A DNA stretch of 64,000 nucleotides from Lingula anatina (lineage: Eukaryota; Animalia; Brachiopoda). Position numbers and translations under genes: made by a program. Positions 51,740-64,000 of the stretch are shown here, in pieces. The notes beneath the pieces were generated by a model. That model ran no database searches, was not told the origin of the DNA, and saw nothing but the letters and a program-made list of their open reading frames with translations. Location: the NCBI GenBank assembly GCA_051362555.1, contig CM120640.1:61730788-61794787 (forward strand), given 5' to 3'. How positions within the stretch are numbered: the first letter of the stretch is position 1; the number at the start of each line of letters is the position of its first letter.

Positions 51740-54700
51740 CTCTGTTCCCTCTGGGCCTTCTTTGGGCACAAGGCTTCTGTTCATAGTGCTTCCTGCTTTG
51801 CCATTCTGGTACAAGAATTTGGCCCTCGCTAGGAACAGACGTTTCTTGTAGTCAAGATACAACCACACGCCATAGATGACCGCAAGGATGGCCAGACAGA
51901 AAAGGCCGATGGCTATGGCTGAGATCTCCCAATGATGTAAACCTAAAAACAAGAAAATCAACTATATTACATCAATACCTATATTTAATGAGCGGAGGGG
52001 CATTGAATCATCGTTAGTTTTGTGCTGATGCATTTTAGTGCGCATTACTTTTTATACCCCTAAAGACAAATGGGGCGGCATTCTTTTGATAAAAATCACT
52101 TGATCTCAATCAAGTGTCAAGAGGCACTATAAAATGGATGTCTTTATGAAATGGGATAATTGTAAAAAGATGACAATGTGCAGTCAATGTGCAGTACTAT
52201 AACCGTTTATTATATAGTATAAGATGATTTCAAGCATCTTGAAAAATGTGGGCTTCAAATGTTGGTCTTCCTAGTATCGGGTGGAGGAGGGAGGGCATTT
52301 CGACTTCATTAGAAATTTTTATCATCATTACATTCTATATTTTTCCAGGTTGGATAATAATATTTTAGTTTCGATTCACTCCATTTATAAACCTCAAGAG
52401 CACCGCTTTAGCAAATGACTAGCTATTTAAATGTGAATATAGTTTCATTGGCTCTTAGTTTTGATAGTCAGAAAGGTTTCATTTATGCTTTCTTGTACAT
52501 CCAAAAGATAAGATAGAAGGCAACAAGAAGTGTGGAGAAGTATATCAAATCGGGTGTGGGAGCTGTGACAGAGTCTATGTTGGAGAGACGGGAAGAAAAT
52601 TAGAAACAAGACTAGAGGAACACAAGAAAGATGTTAAGAAAAATGTAGGTGAGGGAGTTAACACCAGATCCAAATGCTCTATGTCGACAGGAGTTCTACA
52701 CAAATCTGCCATCACAGATCATATGTCAGATAACAACCATGTGCCAAAATGGGACAATGTAAAGGTGCTAACCGGTGAAAATGACTACAGCTAGCGCAAA
52801 GTTTTGGAATCGATCTGGATAAGAAGGAAGAAACACACCATGAACAGAGATGAAGGAGCACACAAGCTGTCCCATGTGGATGACGACATTCTCAAACCCA
52901 CCCTGAGGGGAGGGGGCGAGAGGGGCTAACAAGTCATCATCAAGATAATTACCTGAGATAATTACCTGTTCACCTTCACCTGAACAGGTAATTCAGTTGT
53001 GACCAAGTCTGTCAGAGTGAACAGACGAAACAGTCAAGAGGTAAATCAAATTTCAGGATCTAGCATAAATGAGACCTTTCTGACTAGCTATTTAAACATC
53101 AATTTTCAATATGTTTGAAATAAGTTTTAAATCTTCTGCAAAATGAAAGGCGCGGTTCTTGAAGATGTATATCCTTTCCGGATGCTTGGCCAATTTAGAA
53201 AGCAAGTGAAGTTTTTTCTACCTTGCAAAGAAGGCATCATGTGATGTTTTTTTTTTACTAACAAATAAATGAGCTTCTCATTTATGCTGCTCACGTATAG
53301 ATGTTCACCAAAAGTTTTATTTTTGACAAAAGGGTATGAAGGTTGCTGAATGCTCAAGTAAGACAATAGCCATTATTTTATCAGCCTGCATGTATGACAA
53401 CGTGCCTGTATCTAGGGCAAAGGAGTATAAGAACAAGAGACACCTGTCTCAATGATATATCAGATAACGGCGTAGGTCCCTTTTGGGAACATATATTTTG
53501 ATAAGAAGATATCTGTGACAGCCTTTGTCTTAGTATAAATAAACGACATTGTCCTCCATATGAAGACACTGTGGCGTTGTGTAAATAATGTAAATATAAA
53601 AAGGACAGTGTAGTGGTGATATCGTTGGAAAATAACTTCCATCATAGTCGATTAAACTGTACAATATCTTGTCAGTATAAACATGTATTCTTATAAATGC
53701 TCCTGATTTCTATTCTGGAATATATTTTTTTCTTTAATTATCGTCCGAATAAATCAAATGAATGCATAGATATGGAATTGGACATCTAATACTACCTATT
53801 TCCAGTATGAAATATTATTCTGGTTAAATGGTAGTGCGGGGCGGGATGCCACGTGGGGCATAAATCATATAGCAATTAAGGGTCCCGTGGCAAGATTCAT
53901 TGGCTTGAAGATCTGTTTTTTATCTTTAGCAATTATATATTATTAATGAGATGTTGCTGCATTGGGAAACTCAACTTCCGTTTCTTATTTGTGTGGAACC
54001 TTGAATAGGGAAAATTTCCATGGCAGTATAAAAAACTGAATTTTTTCAATATTTAAAATGTTTATGTTCTTATCTTTTTCTTGTCCAGTTTAACAGATTG
54101 ATATTTACTTGATAATTTGGAAATTTATATTCATACTGTTGTAAGTCGTGATAATCTTCACTACAAATCAACTGAGGTCTGGCTAATTGATATCCTTTCC
54201 TACTTGAAATAATAGGTACAGCTGTTCAAAATTTATGTATAATCCACCTCAGGAAGGCCATGGCAGGACAGACCTCGGCTTATCTTGATACACAAATAAA
54301 CAAACAAACAAACAAAACACACACACCATAATGAAAAAAAAGCCAGATGAAGACAGCTTTTCTTTGTTTGCGTTCTACTTAGATGTTTAACCAGACCGAT
54401 GGAAATATTTTCCCATTATGTTATCGACACGTAGTACTTCCCTGGTCAGTGTTTGCTTACTAAAGATAAAAAAGCTAAAGAGCTTTTTAAATGCCAAGGT
54501 GATATTGTAAACAAAGATACAAGATACTGTGTGTTAATCTTATTCTTGATGGCACTAAATCATGCTGGACATAAAGCAATAGGGGGTAATAAATGACCAG
54601 GAAAGAATTTTAATATATTTTTTTAAAATTAAATTTATATGTATTATATATTGTCTTTTTCCATGGAAAAATTGAAATAACATAACGTATATTTTGCTGA

Positions 54701-54846
54701 TAAATAGAAGACAGATAATTTTTACGTAATTTGATTTTGCTGCTGTATAAAACCATTTATTTTTTACTCATAAGCATGAAGTAAAACATTAAACCTGATC
54801 AAAATTGATACGTAAAATGATATAACTTACCACCAAAATCCACCAT
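51740..54846 (-). CDS. Small single-pass (type III-like) membrane protein, 5' coding exons 54846-54831 and 51942-51740; downstream exon(s) uncertain
   Basis: ATG GTG GAT TTT GGT G|gtaagt spliced to tag|GT TTA CAT gives MVDFGGLHHWEISAIAIGLFCLAILAVIYGVWLYLDYKKRLFLARAKF...PEGTE|gttaga; in-frame stop upstream of the ATG; TM followed by basic KKR. Confidence 0.72.
52432..53080 (+). mobile_element. 5'-truncated Penelope-like retroelement (GIY-YIG endonuclease C-terminus) in an intron of the TM gene
   Basis: From 52492: LVHPKDKI...VYQIGCGSCDRVYVGETGRKLETRLEEHK...SAITDH...NHVPKWDNVKVL...*RKVLESIWIR...MNRDEG; 16-bp TSD TGACTAGCTATTTAAA at 52416-52431 and 53081-53096. Confidence 0.92.
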
Positions 54847-57800
54847 ACTGCCTTCTTAATATCACAGATAACCTGAAACAAGAGACGACCATAAGCATGT
54901 ATTCTTATGAACTCATAACTTTAAAACTTTTGATAACAAATGACATTACAAATGACACAAACGACATTATTCACAAAATGATTCACCATGTCATAAGAAA
55001 ATCATATTTTCTCTAACTATGGCATATGCAGAGTTTCCTACGAAAAAAATATCAACGGCTGACAGTGACAAGTTTGGTCGTCGTCGTAATTCTTCAGGAA
55101 TACTTTAAACATTATTTCGCGTGTGTAATGGTGGTTAAACGTGCTGCAACTTGACATCAAGGAAGAAAATATTTAAGGTGCGTTTTGTAGCGACGATAAG
55201 CGGGTTGTTTATTCGGTTTGGAGAAGTGTGATGGCCTTAAAATATATTGAAGAAATGAAAGTTCACCATAATGCCAACAATTTGTCATATTAACCACGAA
55301 CTACGATTGACATCCTGTTAAGAAACAAACAAAGGATTGTGTTCTTATGAACCTATGATAACACCTAATTATCCATACTTATTATTTAGAAAAATCATCT
55401 AACAAACATTTACCTAGATGTACAAACTAACATCTATTGGCATGATAAATCATACAAATGATCGACTAACTATCATTATGGCAATGCAATACGAGCTCAA
55501 ATGGCCCGTGCATTCGTAAAAATACGAGATAAAATTATCATTTGAACTGCAATAAAACTATAGTCTTTAGCATAGAAAATCCAGTGTCAAGAGTAATTAT
55601 TGGGCTACTTTGTATATTAACTCTTAAAATAAATTGGCATGTGTTCAAAACTGCCGAAGATTCTTAGATTAGGCCGTGATTTCACTCTTAGTACATGTAT
55701 GGCAGCTGTTAGCACACACGTGAACCCCAAACAGGCACGTATGGAAGATATCAGAATGTACAATAGGATGGTTGTACAAAAACAAAGATCCATGGGAATG
55801 CGGAATAAGGGCAATTGTGATTCGTGATAAAGCACCATATACTGGGTACATGCACAAAATGTGGGTTTATAAACGCTGGAAATTGAAACTGTTTGCCTTA
55901 ACATATGTTCCTGAAGACCGTCACCTTGACCACACATAATATCCCAGTATATCGTACATGTACATCGTACTGGGGTAGGTCTGTACCATGGCCGCCCACG
56001 TAACTTGCACAACAAAATCAAATAGAATACTATATCTGACATAATGGCGATGACAAGGTGTTTTCTATATGTCTCCACGCATCTGTGCGTCATGGTCCTT
56101 GAGAATGGATCTCAGATGGAACTGTTTTCTCGGCTTCCATACGTAACGCATTGAAGATGTGTTTTTACATTAACAAAATATCCCACTTTTTCAATATAAA
56201 AGTGAACTAGTTCTTTACTGATCTTCATAAAAAGCAAAAGGCTTTTAATAAAGGGACAAACCTGACATTTTAAAATAGACCTCCATACATCTCTTTTGTT
56301 GCATTTATAAGGCAACTTTCTCAAATTTAGAACTGTCTTTTTTAAGCTACCGTACGAAAGCAGTACTCAAATTCAGAATTCAAAATTCAAACAGCGTTCA
56401 CTGCCATCAAACCTCATCCTCATTGACTACAATGTAGGAATTTAAGCAGAAATGACGCTTTGTCTGGCTTTAGATGTCATTTCAGTCAGTCGTGTTTGGC
56501 ACATACTCTTGGACCGTGGAACACTTTTATATTTCTGAAGGTTGAAAGCAGATGACAGTCACAGTTTGATGGTTGACACCTCCAGTCAACAATATGTTTA
56601 CTCGTATTGACTGAACGAGACCCTTCTCATAGTTAAAAGGAACAATAACGAGAACTGTTTGCGTGATTGTAAACTACTACTACTGATAAAATAGTTCGAC
56701 TTGCATGTAAATATCAACGCCTTTCCTTTTATAAGAAGGGTCACCTTATCAAACCATATAACAAGACAATCAAACACGATTCAGAGGAAAGGGAACCGCC
56801 TATCAAAGTTACTCATCTCAATATACGCTTCTCCACGCCTTACATATTGCACTTACTCAGCCCTCCCATAGAATAACCCTAAGCTGCTTTTAATGCATTT
56901 TGAACATGCGATAAATCTTAAAGGTTCCGTGTATGTTAAAAGTTGGGAGACTTGATGAGCAGCGACAAGGTGCCCTTTGAGTGCTCTGTTCATGACAAAC
57001 GAATGATTTTGTGTAACAATAGATGTTTTGTCTATCTGTATATCGGCCTAATTTGTCTGTCCTATGACGGAATTTCAGCTCTTATTTTTCAGCTCCCATA
57101 TTTGTACATCAATGTGGAACTGTTGAAATGATAGTAATGAAGACTAATACTTAGTAATCTTCTCGGACACCTAAGTTTCAATGGTTGGTGTAAAAATCGT
57201 TTTGAGGGACAAAAACGTTGAAACATTTTAATACACCTTATTAAATCATATATGCACTTGCTTAAAAAAATCTAATGACCTCACTACAAATATGCATTTA
57301 AGAACCAAATATCTCAGGTTCCAGAAATTTCTTACTTTTTACCCACTCCTTGAACTTTATCACCTTTCACTTTGACGACATTTTAAAAACTTCAAATTTG
57401 CCTTCATTGATCATGACTTTCTATTACGTATAGGCACGCAGTATAGGCACGCAACACGGGTGCAGGTTTGCCAAATACTCAACAATGAGAACTATTATTA
57501 TCATTGTTATTATTATTATTATACATATCATGTCTGTTTTATGGCAGCTTAAACCCACTTCTCGTTTATAATATACTTACGTTTTACACAGAGGTTAGAG
57601 ATATGAGAAAAGATGCATATGTTGTGTAAATATTGTGTACAATACTTACATAAGTATAACATGGGGCTTAATATTAAACGAACGACCGATAAACATTGCA
57701 ACATTTGAAACATTATTACTGGAGATCGATCGGCAACCCTAAACTAAAAACTTGATTGCTATAACAGTTATACATTTTAGAACTTGCTTACGTTTTTATT

Positions 57801-60800
57801 TACTACGTATACGCCCCAGCACAATAAATCCAAATACTATATACTAGTAAGAGCATGGAGCCGAAAGTAAGATCAGTAAGACAGAAAAAAAATAGTTAAT
57901 TTTCATCTTGAGTAGTTATGACTTAGTTTGCTTTAAATAAATTCTCTGAACCTATTGTAAATTACCTACTGCTTATTCCCCCAACATTGAATTAGAATAG
58001 AATTTCGGTCCTGAACTAATGACCAAATTTTGTCTTCTTTTTTAACAATTCCTTATGCGCTAGGCTTAACCATACTATCGTCCTTTATGGCAGACGACAT
58101 GCAATGTGGGAAGAGGCGTCCAAACCAAAGTGCTGCACCGCCTATATGAACCCAGTCACTTTGGTGAGCGCTAAAAAGATTAGTATCTTAGTTAATATGC
58201 TACCATCAATGCAAGGATAATCATGGTTTCCCACAGGAGGTTTATATGTCCAAGTAAAACACGCGTTTTATGATTTTTATGCGTTTAATATGCGTGTATT
58301 GAGATCTAAAATAGATTTACAAACCTCTTCCCTCATGTAGTTTTTTCGAATAAAATACGGTGTTATACAGATTGCCATTGTGAAGTTTAAGATAGTGACT
58401 ACTCAGGATTTGGAATGAGTAGACACACAATTGTTTTACTGTCCAAGGAAGAACAAATAATTTTCAAAAGCATATTTTGTTTCGAGTAGAAGCCTAATCA
58501 TACCTTCAATTATAATTTTAATTCGACTTTAAGCGGCACTTGCCAAAAAGTTTTTCTTATTGCAACCGAGGATATAGTTAGTCATTTTTGTACCTAACGA
58601 TGATTTACCTTTTGTTTCTACAACCTTGTAAATGGTTCACACTTCAAAGTGTAATCATGTGATCTTCCTAACAAGGAAAGATACTCTCATTGTAATCATG
58701 CAATCTTGCAAGAATCTGTTCTTATCTCCTACATGTAACGCTTATCTAGGGGCAGACCGCACCTAGGTCGCCCTTATCTCATTTCTTATTGAGATTTTTA
58801 GTCTGTAAAAACACTTATAAAACTTACACAATTCACGTCAGAATAACACTAGTTGCTACTTGCTTCAGTATTGTAATCTCAAAGTTGACTCCATTAAAAT
58901 ATTGTGTGACTGGGTGGCCTAGTGCAATGCTACACGACTTAGTGTGCTCATGAAATACCCGGCCTGTGATATCCCTCTCTAGCTATACGTTTTTCCTTAC
59001 CTCTGACAGTGGGTCGAGATGCGACACCTCACTACATGTACCCTCCCTAGTGGCCGTGGAGACGTTCTCACCACAGAGATATACGCTAGGACTGACTAAC
59101 ACCAGCCTATTTACTCCGTCCAAACGAACGCTAAAAGTCGGCCTGACTCACCCGGCACGGAATGTACAATGCTACCCTGTTCCAGCATATATTAAGTGAA
59201 TCTGATGTCTTGTCTGATTCGCCAAGATTAACATGCTAGTCAGACTTGGTAAATGTCTTCTGTACGCTCATTCGTGCAGCTTTGAGACAGAGTATTGTGG
59301 CGATCACGACACATGCTACAAAGCGTCCAGTCTTAGACTATAGTGTTAATGAAAAGATTGTTGTGCCTTGACATATGCATTTAATAAAGTAACAAGGATA
59401 TTTAATTAAGTAACAAGGACGATGGCCATTGGACAATGGATAAAACAGCTTAGTTGGTAACACTAAGGTTGTATTCGCATCTTTATCATCATTTCTCCCC
59501 CTCCACCGAATATAGTTGTAGCTTAGGGAAAAGATGTTGTACAATTACTAATAAATTTTTGAACTATGTTCATGATTAGTTTATTTCAAGTTCGCAGGTC
59601 ACGCCATTAGTATGAAGAAGATTCACTCCATAGCATTTAAGTTTACTACACTACGCAGTTTTGAATGGATGACGCTCGTAAATTTACAGATTGGCTGCAT
59701 ATCGCTAGAATAAAATACAGGTACTGTAAGTTTGGAAGAACAAGTCAATTTTCTTTTAACAGAAGGAAAATATGTAATTGGAATGAAAAGAACAGAGAGG
59801 CAACTGTTGCAATGGCCACAGCGAAATGACGTTGAAATAAAGGTGAGTACATCATCAACCACAAGCCATTTTTAAATTCTGTTATAGAGATACATTCATC
59901 ACATGCTAGTAGGCCTACCGTGTATATCCATTATATGTTAGTACAGTGTACATGTACATGTGCACTACTTGTGTATGCTTTATTTGAATCATTTTGCTAT
60001 AGATGGTATAGGTGCTTCTATAAAATGTTAGCATGTTAACCACCGTGCGACAATGATATTAGTAGCGTGTAAGTTAACTGTTATTTTTTATTATATTGAG
60101 TTTTCTCTCTTTCTGACAGCATATCCCTGTCACAGAGCAACCGACATTTGGACTCCAATATCCGCTTCCCTCATGCATTCCCTCTGTGCAAGGCTCCTCT
60201 AGCGCATCGGTAGGTTAGCATCGCCCCAACAGCCCTCGGAACATCTAACGCATTTTCATTTTCTATATAAAGAAAAGCATGATCAAGTTAAACTAAATTT
60301 TGGGTAACTGGTGTGGAATGTGATAAACTCCACCGACAACATTTCACCACAAACTGACAAACTTACATATGTGTCTGAGAAGGTCTGCGCTGCTTGTTAA
60401 TGCGTTGAAAGGCGCGTATTCCCAGAGCAAAAATACCAATATTCCAATTAAATTAGGTCAATGTGTGAGTATGAGCAAGAAAAAGTATTACTGTTCAGAG
60501 AGAATTATTATTTCATATATAGATATGTATAAAGTGTATATGAGATACTGTGTTTCCTCCCCTGTGGACGTTGCTCATGCTAAAACACCTGTTGTTCGTC
60601 GTTATATGAACTACATGTACTTACAAATACATAAAAATATATTCACATGCTGTTTTATCATCAATGCTCTCATCAGATCTGGTTTTTCACTCTTTTCTAT
60701 TAAGACATTGGTCATTTTTTATTTTTGTTTTGGTTGCCAGCCAAAGTACTAGCTTATGAATTTCATTATAAAAAAAATCAATGATCTTATAAATCATATA

Positions 60801-63077
60801 CTGTATGTTTTATTTTTTTGTGTATTCTGTTATCAACTAAAAATCACTCCTCCCTATTATTGTGAATAAGTATACTTATCATATTTTATCGAATTAGAAG
60901 AATTTGGAATTTAGAGAACTCAGACTAATGGCCCTTGATTTTGATAAAATTTAAATAAATATATTTGATCAGATTGTGTACATGTATGGGTTGAATTTGA
61001 ATAGGTCGCAATCCTACCTGAAGAAAATTTAGCTATGATAGTCGGATACCAGTTGACAGATGTTTGCAGGTAAATTTCTGTTATGCTTACTGATTTTCAG
61101 AGTCGGAATTGCATACGTTAGACTGATACAAAATGATGTAATTTAAGATGCCTTGATCTGATCCCTCGGCATTAGTACACTTAATTCATTATTTAATTTA
61201 TAATGATAATAAATAACTGAACCATTTGCTCATTTCTATTTTTCCACATACGGTAACGAAAACGGGGTCACTCCTAACCAAAGCACGGAGCTATTTACCT
61301 TTCTTAAACTTACTCTTAATCTGTTTACTTATGATTTCTTTGGTTTTGCGTGTCTTAGTCGTTACCCCGAGAAGAACCTAGCACTGTTTAAGCAAGAGAC
61401 TGTCCGGTACATTTATTGAAACAGCAGTCCGGTGTTTGCATTAAAGCAAACAATGTCAAGCAACAATGGATCACATTAGCTACATGTAACTGGACCTAAA
61501 TAATATCTTTAGACGTTCAGAGGTGAGGTGTGGTTCTTCATATCACACAGTTATGCCGTGACCGACTCCCACACTCCGATGGCAGCCCTCGAACAGGTAA
61601 GTTGTTGCTTTTGATCGCCGCATAGACACCATTATAGCGGTTGTATAGTCTTTGCTGCAAAAGTGAATACGCATAAAATGGCATACGGAGGGTCACGCTA
61701 AATATGAGAGCCAGCTTATGTAGGTACATGTATAACTGATGGGACTGATAGGATGACGTGAATAAAAATTACCCTTCTGTTCTAGATCATGAACACCAGT
61801 GAGAAGAAAAGTTTTGGATGGTTTTGTCTCTGAGCAAGTATATCACTGTGCATACTAGTGGTTTTATATATACTCAGATATCTATCTAGGTTTCTGCAGC
61901 TAGAGCCGATAAGCTGGGCTGTATTATCTCGACTTGCTGAATCTGAACCACCAAACAAATGGTATATTCAGGACATCCACCTTGATTTGTATCAGTCGCA
62001 ACAAGATGATAATTTTATGACAAGGTAATATTTGGGCAGTACGCGATTTTTATTACACGCCCGTACAAACTCTCAAAAGTCCAATTCGTCTGATTGAAAT
62101 GTTTCCATAAGTTGAGGTGTGTCTATGTATTTGGCTCTTTTTTACTGGTAACAGAAAAGACAGTATTATGTCTCACAATGCTGTGTTCTTATAGCTTTAA
62201 AACCAAGTTCAAATTTATAAGGCGTCAATAGGCTTCACCAAGACGAACATGGGTATATACCGGTAGCAATACAATAAGAAATATATTGCAGTTGGTTATT
62301 TTTATGATAAAACTGTTTTATGTGCTGTTAAAAACAGGTGCATACAGGTATGTAGATACATATCTTTTCTGCAGCATTTATGATTTTCGTGCCTGGCATC
62401 TACTGCATAGTTTTAGTAACCGCTTAAGGGTAGCTGTAACTGTTTGCATACCAACGCGCATAATCGTGTCTACAACTAAAATTGCACCTGGGTGTGTTTT
62501 TATACGCAAAGAAGTCTTATATAGATTTAAAACTCATCAACCACTTAAGATAGATGCCATGTGCTTTTCGTCGTAGTAGTTTTCCACTGTACATGTGCTC
62601 TCCATACTTCAGTTCACATTGCGGTTGAACTGCCCGTTTAAGTCCGTTGACGTGGAACAGTAGTAGAATTTTGCCAAAGTAGTAAACGTCCTTCCACTAT
62701 CATGAATACAGATCCACTGTACGTAAACGCTCCCTCCAAATCAAGTTATTCAAGTATTCATTCCAGGCCAGAGTGTTATTAATATGATAAAGTATAAAGT
62801 GGGGGCGTTATAGGGTCACGTCCTCGTCTTTGTCCTGTTTTATTACACCTGTTTTCGCGGGTGGTGGTTGTTAATGTCGAACTGCTTGTCTTTCAAAATT
62901 TAAAAATGAACTACGTAAATCGTCTTTTTTTGACACAATGGCTCTTGGTTACCATTCAACCTAGCTGACAGTTGGTCTAGCCTTATTTCCATGTGGTATT
63001 TTTGCTTTTTTGCTAACATTAAGAAGGGGGTGTGGCCAACATTTACTTGAATCTTGTAGTTTTTGTCGTCGTGTCTT

Positions 63078-63976
63078 CAGGCCTAACCAACTACCAGACT
63101 CGGCACCTACGGATCCAGAATAAACCGGTATATCAGACCACACTACCCGTTTTCAAGGTGTGTGTCAGATCGCATTACAGAGTATCAGCCACCACACCGA
63201 TTTTGCCTGGTGCGCGATGTGATAGCGATGATCGTAGTAATAGATAGACCCCGAATCAGCGAGGGTTATGTGGCATACACGAGTGCGAAGCACGAGTGGA
63301 TGTCACATAACCCTCGCTGACGAGGGATCTATCTTATTTAGACCACGGGTCCATTAGCGGGTTATAACGCATTCATGCGAGACGTGCGGTTATGCGAGTT
63401 ACACCACGTCTGAATCTTTTGTTCTTCACTTCCAACGTGGTCTAAAGCGGGCTTGGAAAGTAGTGCATCTCATCTAGATTCATGCGCTGCTGCAATTTTC
63501 CCTGTTTATGCTAAAAATCTGACAATACCGCAATTTTTAACATAAAATTTAGGTTCGAACATAGCCAATGATGTTTTGTAAATAAGAACTTGCAAACTTA
63601 TATATTCATTTAGAAAAGTAGACCTAATTTTGATAGCGGAAGCATATTCTGTCGGGGGTTAAATATTTTCTGGACGAGATTCAGTGAGTCGTCTGTCGCC
63701 ATGTTGTCACTCGGAACTACTCCGATGTCTCCGCACTCGACAATAGTATGGAGATTGCGGAATGAGCCAAGGATTCCATGTTGTTGTATTCATACGACTC
63801 CAACTTGACGAAAACGAGGCGCGATACCCGGATGACAGGTAGGCTTACAAAATTTGTGATGGGGTATGATACTCTGTAATGCGATCTGACACACACCTTA
63901 AAAACGGGTGGTGTGGTCTGATATACCGGTTTATTCTGGATCCGTAGGTGCCGAGTCTGGTAGTTGGGTAGGCCTG
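63078..63976. mobile_element. Non-autonomous DNA transposon with ~110-bp near-perfect TIRs
   Basis: 63078-63187 is the near-exact reverse complement of about 63867-63976 (CTACCAGACTCGGCACCTACGGATCCAGAATAAACCGGTATATCAGACCACAC...). Confidence 0.88.
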
Positions 63977-64000
63977 GTCTTAGTGCGTAGCATTTGTCAT

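Noticed and set aside
55617-56093. 158-aa minus ORF and overlapping ORFs
   Set aside because: No domain or convincing splice context; looks like chance ORFs in intronic/UTR DNA
58905-59070. Possible tRNA-derived SINE (GGTGGCCTAGTG A-box-like)
   Set aside because: No clear B box, tail or second copy in the window

Overview
AT-rich eukaryotic DNA with GT-AG introns, microsatellites and many MITEs; it looks like a marine invertebrate (inferred, species not determinable). From left to right: (1) the 5' seven exons of PAAF1 (WD40 proteasome assembly factor) on the minus strand, running off the left edge; (2) three tandem, apparently intact 15-exon Tie-like receptor tyrosine kinase genes on the plus strand (signal peptide, divergent Ig-like region, one Tie-type EGF, Ig, Ser/Thr stalk, TM, kinase; no FN3 repeats), with divergent ectodomains, homogenised kinase exons and a chimeric middle gene; (3) a large foldback-like inverted repeat; (4) a 5-exon cytosolic sulfotransferase; (5) an uncharacterised minus-strand locus with a small single-pass membrane protein upstream of two paralogous ATG-initial beta-barrel-like exons; (6) a 5'-truncated Penelope-like element with TSD, inverted 5' end and hammerhead-like motif; (7) a repeat-rich tail. 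All exon models were read by eye from splice signals and reading-frame continuity.
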